DNA from: Octopus sinensis
Taxonomy: Eukaryota
DNA length: 64,000 nt
Assembly: GCF_006345805.1 (NCBI RefSeq)
Contig: NC_043001.1
Span: 64,914,001-64,978,000 of the forward strand
Direction of reading: 5' to 3'
In this document: in pieces, positions 1 to 13,679 of the stretch
Position numbering within the stretch: the stretch's first letter is position 1
Layout: each line of letters begins with the position of its first letter
The notes under the pieces: generated by a model
What the model saw: only the letters and a program-made list of their open reading frames with translations
What the model was told of the DNA's origin: nothing
Databases searched by the model: none
Program-made: the position numbers and the translations under genes

Positions 1-668
1 GGATGGATGAGGAGAGATGTGTGAAGAAGTGCCGCTCCCAAACAGTTGAAGGTATCAGGGGGAGAGGTAGACCCAGGAAGACATGGGATGAGGTAGTCAA
101 GCATGACCTCACAGAGGCAATGACGAAGGACTGAGATCTCTGGAGATATGCTGTGACTGCAAAGACCCGGGCTGCTTCCTGCACCAGTTCTGCATAGCCC
201 CTGCCCATTCAAAGTACATTGGATTTCAGAACATCCCACTGTGCTTGAGGAGACCTATTGAGTCAAGTACATGAACATCGAAATAAATATCAATGGAAAT
301 AGTAGCTGTGATACCGGTGCCGGTGGCACATAAAAAGCACCATCCCGACATGGCCGATGCCAGCGCTGCCTCGACTGGCTTCTGTGCCGGTGGCACGTAA
401 AAAGCACCATCCGAACATGGCCGATGCCAGCGCCGTCTTGACTGGCTTCAGTGCCGGTGGCACGTAAAAAGCACCAACCGATCATGGCCGCTGCCAGACT
501 TCCCTGGCATGTAAAAAGCACCCACTACACTCGCGGAGTGGTTGGCGTTAGGAAGGGCATCCACCTGTAGAAACACTGCCAGATCAGACTGGAGCCTGGT
601 GCAGCCTCCTGGCTTCCCAGACCCCGGTCGAACCGTCCAACCCGTACTAGCGCGGAAAACGGACTTTA
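1..668 (+). mobile_element. 3' fragment of RTE-clade LINE (end of ORF plus repeat-containing 3' UTR/tail)
   Basis: Translates MDEERCVKKCRSQTVEGIRGRGRPRKTWDEVVKHDL, matching the C-terminus of the RTE ORF at 58740-58929. It is followed by ~65-bp GGTGGCAC-AAAAAGCACC repeats and the tail GGAGTGGTTGGCGTTAGGAAGGGCATCC also seen at ~59456. Confidence 0.85.
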
Positions 669-669
669 A

Positions 670-3500
670 ACTGTTTTGTTGCCAGTAGCAGTAAAAGTCT
701 GCCAAGAGGCCCTCAAACAAGTCTGGCATTGAAATGTAAAGCTCATAGAGCAGACCATCAAAACCCCGCAATCTGCCTCCCGTGCAGCTTTTCATTGTTT
801 CCTGTACTTCCCATGTTGTTATTAGTCTTTCACAGCACTCCACCTCATTCGCCAAGAGTTGCAGCAGGCCGTCCAGGTACACACAGAAGTCTGTCCTGTT
901 ATCTGTCCTAAACAATCGAGCAAAGTACTGCTGAAAGGCCACGCACATCTGCTTTGGATCGAACACTTCGCACTCGTTCTGGTCCACCAAAGACCAAATG
1001 CTGATTTTGTTACCATGCTTAGCCTCGCCACTCAGGCCCATCAAGCGGCTTTAGTCCCCTCTCCACTTACTGAATATGCCTTAGCTCTGACAATGCAGTG
1101 TTCATGTTTGGCATTGAAGTGTTGGTCTAGAGCTAACATCGCTGCCAACACATTGGTCGTGATGCTTGTCCTAAGCAGTTCATCTAACTTTCTAACTGAA
1201 TCTCTCTTAATTGATTCTACTCTAATTGCCCTCTTAAGCGCAATCCAGCAGTTGTTGTTGATGATTGCCCGTCAATGCCCTCTTCACTAAAAGCCCATCT
1301 AAGTCGACCATACAGATGACGAATTTGTTGTCAGTATAGCCATCTATGGTGTCCTTATCCGCTGGCCTACAGAAAACTATCTAGAATCTAGATGACCCAA
1401 TGCGATTTGTCCAAGTCCACATTTGGGTTATCTAGTCAGTATCTATCAGACAGTTGAAAACATCTGAGCAGGTCGGTGAGGCTTTTGCACCCCGCTCTCC
1501 TATTAGATGCTCCCACTCTCACACAATCAAAATGTTCATCTAAGACAGCGTTTCAATCCCTTACTAGCACTAAAGTGCGAAACATTACCAGGAAAACCTC
1601 TAGACGCTTGAAACAATCCGAACGCCCTGCCCCTATCGAGGCATAGGCAGCCACCAGTTTAAAAGCACTACCATCACTGCTGTTCACATCCAGGACCACC
1701 AACTTACTTTCTGGATCCAAGAAGAATGCCTTTATTTTCAGATCCAGACCTTTTCGGAAAAGCACCACAGTACCACCACTGCCCTATCCTGGCCAACACA
1801 GAAATAGAAAAATCTCATATCTGCTAAAAAGGACTGTGAGGTCCTGCGGGTCGGAAAGCCTGGTTTTACTAAAGACTGCTACATCCACACTGAAAGACGT
1901 CAGGTCATTTAAGTGGTGACCTTGTCTGTAAGGTGACCCAAGGCCCCTGACATTTATGCTACCAATTCTGAGCACATCCATGTCAAAAGTTTTTTATGAA
2001 GGAGAAAAGCTCTACTTACCACTGTTGTCTGGTAGGGTGGCCCCCTTGTGATTTGGTGTGGGTATTTCCACGAGATTTTAAAATATATTTTTTGTGAATG
2101 TTTTTTTAAGCGATCCAACATCTTGTGGAAATTTTGTTTTAATAGCGCTGTAATTGTGTTGTGTGATCTTGAAAATTAGTAAGTGCAGTGATGGTGTGTG
2201 GTGTTGGGATAACAAAGTCTGCCATTGTAGTGTCTGTGTTGTCTTTCAGATATGTGATCAGGTCTTTGTTGTTTGTGTTTATAGCTGTGATGTTTGTAGT
2301 GCTGGTGGGGGTCTGTGTGTGTTGTAATTTGTGTTGGTGTTAATAATATGGGGACTTCCGGTTTCTGCCTCGGCTGCATCTCCTGCTGTTATTGCTGCTG
2401 CACTGACACTGGTGTTGGTTGCACTGCCTGCTTTTGCTCCTTGTATTTAGGGCAATTGACCCTTAGGTGCTTGTCACTCCCACAGAGACAGCAACTTGGC
2501 CTTCTGCCCTCTACAGCGATGTGAAGTATGGTGCAGTCTGGCAAACTAATGGAGTCGGGTATGGCATTTATGCTTTTTAGTTCAATTTGAACAAGCAGCT
2601 CCATGCTCTGACCCAACCAATTTTGCTGGTGCAATTTGTGCACCTCCAGTATTGTGGCAGTGTCCTCTGAGGACAGCTGCCACCAGCCAGTATAAATTTA
2701 ATTCAGGTAGTATTTCTTCAATTTTTATTTTTGTTACATGCCAACCAAGTTATGTTGGCATGAGTAGTAATTCTTCTGTTTTTAGGAGCACTGTGGAATG
2801 TTACCTTGCCTCCTGCTTGGTTAGAAAGCGCATTTCTACAGTGTCAAAACACTTTCCTTTGGTAACATACATTTTTCTTGACCATATTGGTCTTAGCGCA
2901 ATTTCTAATCACTGTTGAGTTGACCATTCAAGTTTTTTGCACTTTGTGTTGAATATCTTGTACATTACTGTTTTTCTGTTTGTTTCATTTATTAGCTTTT
3001 GTAGGGTGTTTCTTTCTTTCCTTAACAAATCCTTTACATTTTTTATGTCATCAATTGTTAAACTGAGTACTTTTGTTTGTTTCGCTGCAGAGGCGAAACT
3101 GTTTGCTGTCATTGTTGTTAGTATTTGTGGAGGTGTCAGTGCAAATCATTTTCTGCTTTATGGTTTCATTCCTCTCTTCCTCCTTCCCCAGTGTAGGAAT
3201 AATAGTGGTGGTGAGAGGAGAGAAATCGTCATTTGAAAGGTGGTTTAAAACAACGCTTTCACTCTCTTCTTGAGCATTGCACGTGCTGGAGCATTTTTTG
3301 TCATTCTTCTCTCTGCCTTTTAAGGTGCAGAGATAGTTAACTTTGGAACTTTTGTCATTGCTATTCAACAGCAGAGGGGGTGATTCACAAAGAAAGGAAG
3401 AGCTTACACTCTTCTCCAAAGAAATTTTTTTTACACAAATTGAAATTCAAAAATGAGAAATAGAAATTTTGAATTGAAAAATTTGCCCCTAAAGGAGCAA
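670..3500 (-). mobile_element. Degenerate Tx1/L1-clade LINE (ORF1 with zinc knuckle, ORF2 APE and start of RT), 3' truncated
   Basis: Minus-strand fragments: IAVEGRRPSCCLCGSDKHLRVNC (CCHC knuckle), IGSINVRGL (APE start), LVAAYA, GFDGLLYELYISMPDLF. All are homologous to the intact elements at 22918-38983. Many stops; the 5' boundary is approximate. Confidence 0.85.
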
Positions 3501-3559
3501 AGTCTTACCTAATTGCTTAGCTCAGTGATAGCCCAGTTGGCTTGGCCACCAAGATATAG

Positions 3560-4466
3560 AAAAAAATTAACAGATATAACAATATTATCTGTGAAAATAA
3601 AACAAAAACTCACAGCTTGCAAAGACATGTTCTTTCGCTTTGAAAATAATAAAATGAAAAATTTGATCATATACACAGCATTGTTCTGGAAGAAGTTTAG
3701 GTTCATGTTCATTCACAAATGCAACCAACTCCATGATGTCATAATTTGTCTCTCTTGCCATGTCTCTTGAAGTTAAATCACTAATTTGACAGTTTGTTTT
3801 TGGCAGTCCAGAGCCAGACTCTTGCAAATTTTTGCTTCCCATGACCAAAATTTGATCCTCAATTTCAATCAGTGCTTGGTTAAAAATTGTTTCAGAGAAC
3901 TGAATATTGATATCTAGGTTTGCCAGTTGAACTGCACAGTCCTCAGCCATATCCTCACGATGTTTCATCCAAAGCTGTAGGAGACTGCCAAGTTGATACA
4001 TGCTCAGTATGATTGCAAAAAAGTTATGGAGTTTCTTTGGAGAATCTGATATTGATGCTTCAGTCAATGTAAGGTCCCAGTTCTCATCATTCTGCTTGGC
4101 TTGAGGGAACACTGTAACTTCTTGCAAGAGCATCAGTCCCACATTTCCTCTTGTGAGATTTATTGTTTCTCCAGGTATTATTTTTCTTGCATCTTCATGA
4201 CACAACTTAAAAAGGCAGTAAGGATAGTTTCTTTTGGAGAAAGTGCTTGTTGCAAGGCTGTTTGTTTTGTAAAAGATAACCCTGTGGCCATTCTCTAGAT
4301 GGACACTCAGATGAAAGATGGTTGGGTGCCTCTCATGAATGGGAAAATTGATGTTGCACTAAAAAGCCTCATTGGTACTGATGTATCTTTCTCTGTCATA
4401 GTGTGGATCCTTGTCATTTTTATTTATCTGCTGACTGCCATTCTGCATAAGAGTGTATGTTGCAGC
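3560..4466 (-). mobile_element. Helitron Rep/helicase coding fragment (degenerate)
   Basis: RYISTNEAF..., EASISDSPKKLHNFFAIIL, LWMKHREDMAED, NQALIEIED and LLPEQCCVYDQI are typical of the Helitron RepHel region just upstream of the PIF1 helicase domain. Confidence 0.75.
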
Positions 4467-4920
4467 ATCTAAACCAGTGGTGGGAAAACCCCAGCCTATG
4501 GATGCAATTGCGCCAGCAGGCTGATATACTTGTATATACAAAATAAAATAAATTTTGCAATTACAAAATTTATGATACTTGTACACCTATTTGCGACACA
4601 GGTCGGGTTTCCACTATGACTTAAAATGGTCAGACTTGAACAGAAATCCTCTGGTAATTGCCATTTGAATGGAAATTTTGTTTTCACTATAAAACAAATA
4701 TTGCTAGGTTTGTACCACCCCCTTGAAACCCAACTACACTTTAGATGAAAAAACTAAAAATATATTGCATGTATCGAAATAATTTTTATATGAAATGAAA
4801 GCTGAAAGGTTATAGAAGATACAGTGTAAAAATTATTCATATTCAAGAACCCCAAGTATTTAAATTTTCCTCGATACTCACCCACTTTTTGCCAATTGAT
4901 AACCAAAAAATATTTAAAGC

Positions 4921-5420
4921 GAGTTTATATATCCTAAATTTGCAGAAGAATTTGTTGTTGGGGCACTTTAGCTTAAGGGTAGAGCACTGCAACATGTAAT
5001 CACAGGGGTGTGAGTTCAAGTCTCATGGCTGGCTGCCAACACATTTTTCTGCAAAATATGGATAGTTTATCCTGTTTATGCTATATTATTAGCATTATCC
5101 TTTGTTTGAGAATAAAATTATTTCCATAACTTTCTAGACATCTCAACGCTTCTAAAGGAAACTTTGTTTGTTTACTTCCATTGTAATTTGAATTTAATGT
5201 ACAATAGCGTCTTATAAAGTGAGATTTATATATACTAAATTTGCAGAATTTGTTGTTGGGGCAGTTTAGCTAAAAAGTAGGGCACTGCGTTGCGTAATCA
5301 CAGGGATGTGAGTTTGAGTCTCATGGCTGGCTGTTAACACATTTTTCTGCAAAATATGGGTAGTTTATCCTGTTCATGCTATTTTATTGGCATTATCCTG
5401 CATTTGAAAATAAAAATTAC
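4921..5420 (+). repeat. Two ~200-bp direct repeats, each containing a tRNA-Thr-like cloverleaf
   Basis: 4921-5120 and 5221-5420 align by eye. Each has an A-box-like TAGCT..GTAGAGC, an anticodon loop CATGTAA or TGCGTAA, and a T arm GTGAG-TTCAAGT-CTCAT. Several stem mismatches suggest tRNA-derived rather than functional. Confidence 0.6.
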
Positions 5421-5739
5421 TTCCTTAAATTTAAAAATCTATTAAAAATCAAAAACAAATTGGTAAAGTTTCATTGAAACAGAAACTACTGATTTGGTGC
5501 TTTGTGAACAGGATAAAAAAAAATATTACCAACTTTTTTTCCAGAAAAAGCAGCAAAAAATAACGTTTTTAGAAAGGGGTGTCGCATTTTTGCTATCAGT
5601 TGGTGTCAAGAAGGTCAAGAGGAGTTACTTTCAACTGCCATTGGTTTATCAGTTATCGCCCTCCCCTATCCACTCACTTGTCAACACATGTGTGGACAAG
5701 GGAGAGAAAAATCAAGTTAAGCCTTGCAGAACCAAACAA

Positions 5740-7603
5740 TCTCTATATATAAAACTGAAATGCGTTTCCACCACTTAAATCCCTATCTTAAAAGGTGTCG
5801 TTGCTAGGGCCAAAAACCCACTTTGACAAGTCCACTTCTGTTCTTTAATGTATCTGTCTTCCTCAACTCACTCTCGCTATTTCCTCTCTTCCCAGCACTT
5901 TTTCACTCACTCTATTTCCTACATTCCCATCACTTTCACTTCGTCAAACGGCCTTCTTTTATGTATCTGTCTGCATTCATAGAGAGAATTACCATCGCCA
6001 CCACCAACACACAATCATGACAAACAAATATTATGAATCTCGCCATCGCATTCTATTGTCTGCCTGTCAACGCGCCGATCAAGCAAATACAAACAGAACA
6101 CACCAACGAGCGTTCGTGTTCTGGTGATAACATAGGTTTTTCGTATCTATTACATTTTAACATTTATTTAGAACCCTGCAAATTTTTCATGCTAAATTTT
6201 CATTTTTTACTACTTTATTATTTTTTCTTAAATTGATGCTTCTAGGGTCAACAGTTCGTTTCCTCGGAGGATATGGAAATTCCTATTACCCATCAGAGAA
6301 ATAACTCCAGCAGCTCACAACTATTTCAACAAAGACAAGGTTACCTGCTTACCAGTCGAATTCAGCGTCAACGCTCACGTATGAGAGAGACTCCAACACA
6401 CACACACACATATATACATATATAATGTGTGCATTATGTGGTCGGTTGAGCTGAAAATATGCACACCTATGTTAAAAGTGCTGGTAAGTTTGCATGACAA
6501 TTATTTTTTTTCCTCAAATGAAAGGCGTGACCTCTAGGACAAAATTTCTCATCTTATAAAATGTGGCCCCAGTAGACCCGAATGTGAATATTAACCAAAA
6601 TGTGAAAAGGGGTCTAAATGGGGCTGGAAGGGGATTAAAATTTAAAGGAGCGGGTGTTTAGCAATTCTCTGTTACATCAAGCTAAAAAATTTGCGCCAGC
6701 CTTTTAATCGTCAATGTGTTGCCGTCCATGATGAAGAAGTTTTGAATGCTTGCCATGGTGAGTCTACTGTCGTGAGAAAGAATCACTTCAAAACTTGGTG
6801 TTTAGGGATTTTCTTTTACATCAAGTTCAAAATTTTACGCCAGCCGTTAAACTGTCAAGACGTTGCTGTCCCTCGTTAACAAATGCCAGCCATGCTGACT
6901 CTACTATCCTCACATTCTATCCCTTCAAACTTTGGTTTCCAATATTTTATTATTTTTATTCAGCTCGCAAGTTCGTCTGTCCCTTTTAAATGTTAGTGTT
7001 TTGCTGTTTGCCTTGAAGCAGACCTTTCCGTTGTTACTGCCTGATATTTATGATTGATCTTTCTAAATATTTTATTTCTCAACTTACTCAAGATCTTTTG
7101 CTGTTTATAAATGGGAGAGAGATAGATAAAGATAGAGAGTAAGAGAAAGCGAGGGAGAGTCCGAGAGAAAGGAAGAGTAAGAGAGTGGGGAAAGTGAGAG
7201 AGAAAGGGAGAGAAACAAAGAGGGAGAATCATCATCATCATCGTTTAACGTCCGTTTTCCGTGCTAGCACAGGTTGGACAGTTTGACCGGGGTCTGGGAA
7301 GCCAGGAGGCTGCACCAGGCTCCAGTATGATCTGGCAGTGTTTCTACAGGTGGATGCCCTTCCTAACGCCAACCACTCCATGAGCGTAGTGGGTGCTTTT
7401 TTCGTGCCGCCAGCACAAGTGCCAGGGGGGCTGGCATCGGCCATGATCGGTTGGTGCTTTTTACGTGCCACCGGCACAGAAGCCAGTCAAGATGACACTG
7501 CAATCAGCCATGTTCGGATGGTGCTTTTTACGTGCTGAAAGGAAGCAACAGAAAGTAACAACCACACTCTTACCCGCGCGTAGAGCGGGTCACCTTCAGA
7601 TAG
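5740..7603 (+). mobile_element. Non-autonomous Helitron, copy 1 (with internal insertions)
   Basis: Starts A|TCTCTATATATAAAACTG. Ends with hairpin ACCCGCGCGTAGAGCGGGT followed by CAGATAG (CTAG variant). Internal blocks are shared with 7604-8565. Confidence 0.7.
7230..7535 (-). mobile_element. RTE 3'-tail / SINE-like fragment
   Basis: Reverse complement of the tail at ~400-668, ending in (ATG)n. Confidence 0.8.
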
Positions 7604-8040
7604 TCTCTATATATAAAACTGAAATGCGTTTGGACCACTTGGATCGCTTTCAAGGCCACTACATCCTGTCGGATTGACTCCAAAATTTACAGGGACATGT
7701 AAAATGAGGTGACGATGCCCGTGGGCTACGTTAGAAATCCCTATCTTAAAAGGTGTCATTGCTAGGGCCAAAAACCCACTTTGACAAGTCCACTCCCATT
7801 CTTTTACATATCTGTCTTCCTCACTCACACTATTTCCTCCATAAGTTCGTCAAACGGTGTTCTTTATCTCGCTGTCTGCATTCATAGAGAGAATTATCAT
7901 CGCCACCAACAACACACAATCATGAGAACAAATATTATGAATCAGATATTTCTTGCGTTCATTTATATATGTGTGTGTGTTCTATATATAAATATGTATA
8001 TATAATGTATATATATATATATATATATGTATATATAATG

Positions 8041-8104
<64 letters not shown>

Positions 8105-8398
8105 TATACAAAGTGTATATATCTGTATTTATGTATATTAAACTTTTTAATACTTTTTGATAGTTATATATATTTTTAAACAAATTATAATTATAATTTA
8201 ATAATTTTTATTTTAAATTTAAATAATTTAAATTTTTCAATTTTATATTTTACATATTTTCTATATTATATTTTTATTTTTATGTTTTTGTTTTTGGTTT
8301 TTCACTGTTTTATTTGCCTATTAGTGGTTTTATCTCTAATTTAATTTATACATATATAATTTGTATATATAATGCGTGCACACACACATTATATATAA

Positions 8399-8439
<41 letters not shown>

Positions 8440-8565
8440 TATAATGTGTGCATTATGTGGTCGGTCGGTTCAGCTGAAAATATGCACACCTATGTTAAAA
8501 GTGCTGGCAAGTTTGCATGACAACCACACTCTTACCCACACGTAGAGCGGGTCACCTTCAGCTAG
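7604..8565 (+). mobile_element. Non-autonomous Helitron, copy 2 (head-to-tail with copy 1)
   Basis: 5' TCTCTATATATAAAACTG; 3' hairpin ACCCACACGTAGAGCGGGT then GCTAG|T; internal (TA)n. Confidence 0.8.
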
Positions 8566-8569
8566 TATC

Positions 8570-10330
8570 TCCTATAAAAAGAAATGCTGGTGAACATGCT
8601 TTGTTTGATGAAAAATGAACTGAGCTTCATTATGTTATTGAAATAAATAACAACTGCATTTGTCTTATTTGCAATGAACAAGTAACCGTTCATAAAAAAT
8701 ATAACATAGATAGGCATTTTGTGGAAATTTGAAAGAAATTGAACATTTTGACAAGATAATCTCCTTGAAAGAAAATCTGACCAAAAGACAAGCTTTTTTT
8801 AAAAGGCCAATTCTTGAAAGTTAATCAGTTACTCAAGCCAGTTATGTAGTATACGTAAATATTGCTAAAAAACTCAAACCACATAGAGGTGGTTAATTCA
8901 TGAAAGAATGTATCCTTAATGCTGTTGAGAATATAGGCCCAGAAAAAATTAATTTGTTTGAAAATATTAACTTATCAAGAAGAACTGTTTCTGATCATAT
9001 TAAAGATATTTTTGATGACATTCAAAATTTTCTAAAATCTGATTCAGCAGAATTTGTATTGTATTCATTAACTATTGATGAGACAACTGATCTATCTAAT
9101 ACTGCTCAGTTGGCAATATCTATGTATGTAATAACTGCAAAATTCAATATTTGGGACAAATTTCTTGCCTTGAAATCAATGCATGGAACAACTAGAAGTG
9201 AAGATTTATTTCAAGTGGTCAACTCAACCATGAAAGATTTTGATTTACCATACGAAAAATGAGTGGTCTTACTACAGATGGTGCTCCATCTATGGTAGGT
9301 CATGTAAAAGGGTTTGTAGCTCTGATTAAGAATGAATTTAAGAAGCATCTTTTGGATCTGGAAACTTTAATTGTGCGTCACTGCTTTATTCATATGGAAA
9401 CTTTATGTGCAAAATCTTTCAACATGGGCAATGTAATGAAAGTTGTAACTAAGGCCATTAATTTGATAAAAAGCAAAGGGTTAAATAATAGAGAATTTAA
9501 AAAATTTTTTTAAGATTTTGAAGCTGAATATGGGGATTTATTGTACTATTGTGAAATGGTTAAGTAAGGCCCAAATGCTTAAGCGATTTTATGAACTGAA
9601 GGAAGAAGTGAAAACTTCTATGGATATTAAAGGTGTTCCTATTATAGAACTGGAAGATAAAAAGTTTCAAAGTGATTTAGCATTTTTAGTAGATATAACT
9701 AGTCATTTAAATAATTTGAACTTGAAACTACAAAGCTCCAATCAGCAAATAATCAGTTTGCTTTCTCATATCAAAAGCTTTGAATTGATTCTTCATTTAT
9801 TTGTTACGCAATTGAAAAGAGCTTCACACATTTTCCAAAATTGAGTAAACAAAATACCCAATCAACAAAGGAACATTCTTACGAGAGTGAAAGTCTTTTG
9901 AAGAAATTTGAAAGTAGATTTGAAGAAATACAAGATAAAATCAAACTACATGTTTTTGAAACACGTTTTGATATGTATCCTGAGGAGGCTCCTGATTCCT
10001 TACAATTAGAATTAATTGATTTGCAGTCGGAAAACTTAATAAAATCAAAATACAGTAATCTGTTTTTTATTGAACTTCTACAAACCCATCAATCCTGAGA
10101 AATTCCCGTTTCACATAAAAATGCCTTGAAATCCGTATCTCAATTTTCAACAACTTATCAATGTGAGTAATTTTTTTCCAAATTGAATTATGCAAAAAAT
10201 CGTCTTCATACCAGACTTACTAACGAAAACCTGAGTAATGAACTAAGAATAGCAGTTTCTTCAAAGACGTGATGTTCCTAAACTTTCAAAAAAAGAAGAA
10301 AAAAAAAAGTAATTTCATTCTTCTCACTAA
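8570..10330 (+). pseudogene. hAT transposase (GTF2IRD2/Buster-like), frameshifted
   Basis: CLICNEQV..RHF, LSRRTV, SLTIDETTDLSNTAQL, TTDGAPSMVG, HCFIH, DLAFLVDITSHLNNLNLKLQ, QLELIDLQ spread over several frames. Confidence 0.9.
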
Positions 10331-12774
10331 ACAAAGCCAGATTTTAAAGTTAAGGTTAATTAACTTTGATAAAATTATCACTAGGATAAATTTGTTCAAA
10401 TATGTCATTTACACATAATACTATTTAGGTATTAATGTAATTTTTCAAAATTAAATTTGGTCTGTGCTTGACTGTTATGATTTCTCCAACATTAGGATAG
10501 GTATATTTTGCTTTGAAAAATATAAAATACCTCATAAGTAATATAAATGTCCTAAATTCAGTGGCGGCAGTAATGAAGATGTTATGCATTAATTTAATGT
10601 GTTAAACTTATCTTTATTAATGTATATTGAATTATACATAGATATATATACAGATACAAGAGTCAGAACTTGTGATTTGCCCACGGACCCTTTTCTTTGG
10701 AAATTTTTGCCCGCCACACTAAAAAGTTTCCCCACCCCTGATCTAAAACTTTGTTTATATATTTACAAATATACTTAATAGAGTTAACAGAGTTGCAGAA
10801 TCCAACGTTGACTCTTGCTACCTGTACTTGTCTTTGCTTCTCTGTAGAATACTGATCATCTTGTAGAGACTGAGAACATTGTTCTCAGAAGCTTTTTCGA
10901 AAATTAAAATGGGGACTAAATGAAAAAATGGGTTACGTGAATATCTTCACAAGAGTGATTGAAATAAATGGTGATTGTGGAACACCGCATAGACGCGCGC
11001 ACACACACAGACACACAGAGTATCAAACATCAGATGGAACGGACGTGTGTGAGAGAGAGAGAGAGAGAAGGAGTGTGATGTCATGTATACTTACATACAT
11101 AAATATACATACGTCTTTTGTATGTATGTGTGCATGTCTGTGTGTGTGTATGTGAGAGAGAGTGAGTACCACTTAGACATCCCTGTCTCACATACACACA
11201 CACACATGCACGCACACATACGTACGTACATACATACAAAAAAGATGCATACATATACGTATGCATGTATATAAGTATACAACAACACACCCCTTGACTG
11301 ACTCTGTCTCACACAAACACTCATACAGAAATGTACACACAAAAACACACATGTGCATGTGTGACTGACTTATGTATGGAGAGAGAACATTGCAAACAAT
11401 GAATGAAATATACATGAAATGAAAAAAAATCATATAAATAAAAGCTCGTTAAAATCTATTTTGTACCATATATTTTAATTTCCGAACTTAGTAAATATTG
11501 CTTTCAGTAATCTATCGTAGTTGATGGCAAATAGCGAATTAAAACTTGAAATGAAGACGTTAAAATAGAGAGCGAGAGATTTTGCAAATGAAAATGGAAA
11601 ATTTCGCCATGGTTACATCAATATCAGAAGTTGACACTGAGAAACCTTTTTAAAGAAATGAATCATATATATAAAGCAATATTATTTATTTTTAATAAAA
11701 AAAACACTGAAGGCCCTACTATGTATCCAAGGTCAAATTATTCATGCAACCAAAGTATGGAAACAATTCACGCAGCCGTTTTTGCGTGAAATGTGAATAC
11801 ACACACACACACCTCTATTTTATATAAGATATATATGTATGTATGGATACATTAAATACACACTTAAATTAAAAACAAATAATGATATTCATTATCACAA
11901 AATGCAAAGTAACCTCAAAGTATATGTAAACTAGTATTTGTACAAAAATATAAATACACAGGCACCCCTCCCAACAAATACACACACACACATAGTGTAT
12001 AAATATTAAAGTTGCAGTCATATCATAGAGATGAAGGATATATGGGATTAAAATAGTATGTCCCTTTGATCTTCACATCTACAAGGCTTTGAACTCAACT
12101 ATGCAAGCAACCAAAAACATTTATAAAGTGCTCCCACTATCTTCAACAAGCAGTGAATAAGAAACATAAATAAGAAAAGAAAGTGACTAGTACAGCTAAA
12201 TCAGCTTCCAAATTAGCAGAAGACAAAATAAACTATCTTCAATGCAATTGAGCAAGAATGTGTTAATGGGCTTAAATTGATCTTTTTCAAGAACAATATT
12301 AGAAAATTTGAGCTGCTCTTAAAGAAAAGACGTATCAACTCTTTCTGGTTTATCAATAATGCAGCTTCTGTAATCTAGTAAAAATGAGAACTGCATTTTC
12401 TCTTCCATCAAATTTATGTACAATTTATTAACCTGTCTTAAACAATAAGTTATCGTTGTTACAACGCTGTTTGATGCCATGCTAAAGTTAAATATAGAAC
12501 TTGAATTCATGCAAGTCAAGTCTTAAATGAGGCATCAAAAGTAGGTAGACAAAAACAGATTAAAAAGGTACAGATAACAGTATAGTAATTAAGGCAAAAT
12601 AACTGACTATAGGCTGTCCAGAGTTTTTGAATTCAGACATCCTTCAATTGAGGGATCACCTGCTTTTCTTTACTGTAGTAGCAAGACATAAGAGAATAAA
12701 ACTAACTTGTTTAAATCACATTATTGATTATAAAATAAATAACAAATAATAGAAAAATAATGAGTCAAAAATAC

Positions 12775-12936
12775 CAGAGCTGTTTCTATAATGCTGCTTC
12801 CAGATGTAACAACATCTTCAATGATCAAACATTTGTCATTTTGTTGAAAATTACCTTCCACCATTTTCTTGGTCCCATAGTCTTTAGCTTCCTTCCTTTT
12901 AACCAACATAGGTACGTTGTGATTGACTGCAATGCA
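12775..12936 (-). CDS. UMPS: UMP synthase (OPRT domain) coding exon 3
   Basis: [54 protein letters not shown], with the PRPP-binding IEDVVTSG motif; 162 nt; AG acceptor and GT donor; phase 0. Confidence 0.93.
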
Positions 12937-13346
12937 CTGAGAAGTATAGTAAAGAATAAATTAGCTCATGTAAGCAATTATAAATAGTTTTTGATTAAAT
13001 AAATTTAAAACTAGAAATTTATTTTCAATAAATATCTATAACCAACAATTTATACATCCCAAAATGTTAGAGAATTTTGAAGTTGTATATTTGAGCAGAA
13101 TGAATCGCCATAAAGCAAAAACAAGCTATGCTTCAATGTATGTATAAAATATTCTAAATACTATACAATAAAGACAAAAATTCCCCCCAGTGAGGGGGGA
13201 ACAGTTATTCAAACCTGGTTAAACATCAATGCATTTCTAGAATGATGTAACATCATATTGTGTTACTGACTCCTTTCAACAAATAAAACTCAATATTAAA
13301 TAGGACTAAACCAAAATTAACATTATGTAGAAATTATAAGACTTAC

Positions 13347-13445
13347 AGTGGCTAAAGGAAGTGCAGTGTAAGGAACACCACATATTCTGGCAAAGTCCTT
13401 CTTTCCATCTGGAAGGCATTCATACATCATACTTGAGACTTCATT
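13347..13445 (-). CDS. UMPS: UMP synthase coding exon 2
   Basis: NEVSSMMYECLPDGKKDFARICGVPYTALPLAT (CGVPYTALPLAT motif); 99 nt; TAG acceptor, GTAAGT donor. Confidence 0.92.
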
Positions 13446-13679
13446 CTACCATAAAAACAGTAATAATTATGAAAAAATTAATGATCATGATCTTAATTAT
13501 CATTTTAATGCTCTTATTTCCCTGCTTGCATGAGTCGGATGAAATTTGTTGAGGGAAATTTTCAACATCAAATGACAGTGAGATTTATGACAGTGAGATT
13601 TATTTACAACTAGCAAATCATATAACATGGAGACATCCACACACCCACATGCATATAGATATATATGCATGTATACATG

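Larger units (their letters stand above)
4475..10740 (+). mobile_element. hAT (Buster/Charlie-like) DNA transposon with nested insertions
   Basis: TIRs CAGTGGTGGGAAAAC (4475) and GTTTCCCCACCCCTG (ends 10740) match at 13/15. 8-bp TSD ATCTAAAC (4467-4474) / ATCTAAAA (10741-10748). Transposase remnant inside. Confidence 0.8.

Noticed and set aside
3480-3570. TATA at -29 for the degenerate minus-strand Tx1
   Set aside because: The 5' end and TSD cannot be defined and no clear TATAAAA is present, so it neither supports nor refutes the targeting model.
4962-5337. Functional tRNA-Thr genes
   Set aside because: Mismatched acceptor and anticodon stems, no U before the anticodon, and embedded in duplicated transposon sequence.
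7959-8520. YI/IY-rich and CV-rich ORFs here and at 11081-11433, 19673-19963 and 43250-43574
   Set aside because: Translations of (TA)n and (CA)n microsatellites.
10822-10872. Possible fourth UMPS exon (AG...GT bounded, SLQDDQYSTEKQRQVQ)
   Set aside because: No similarity to the expected next OPRT segment (V.D..V..DREQGG).
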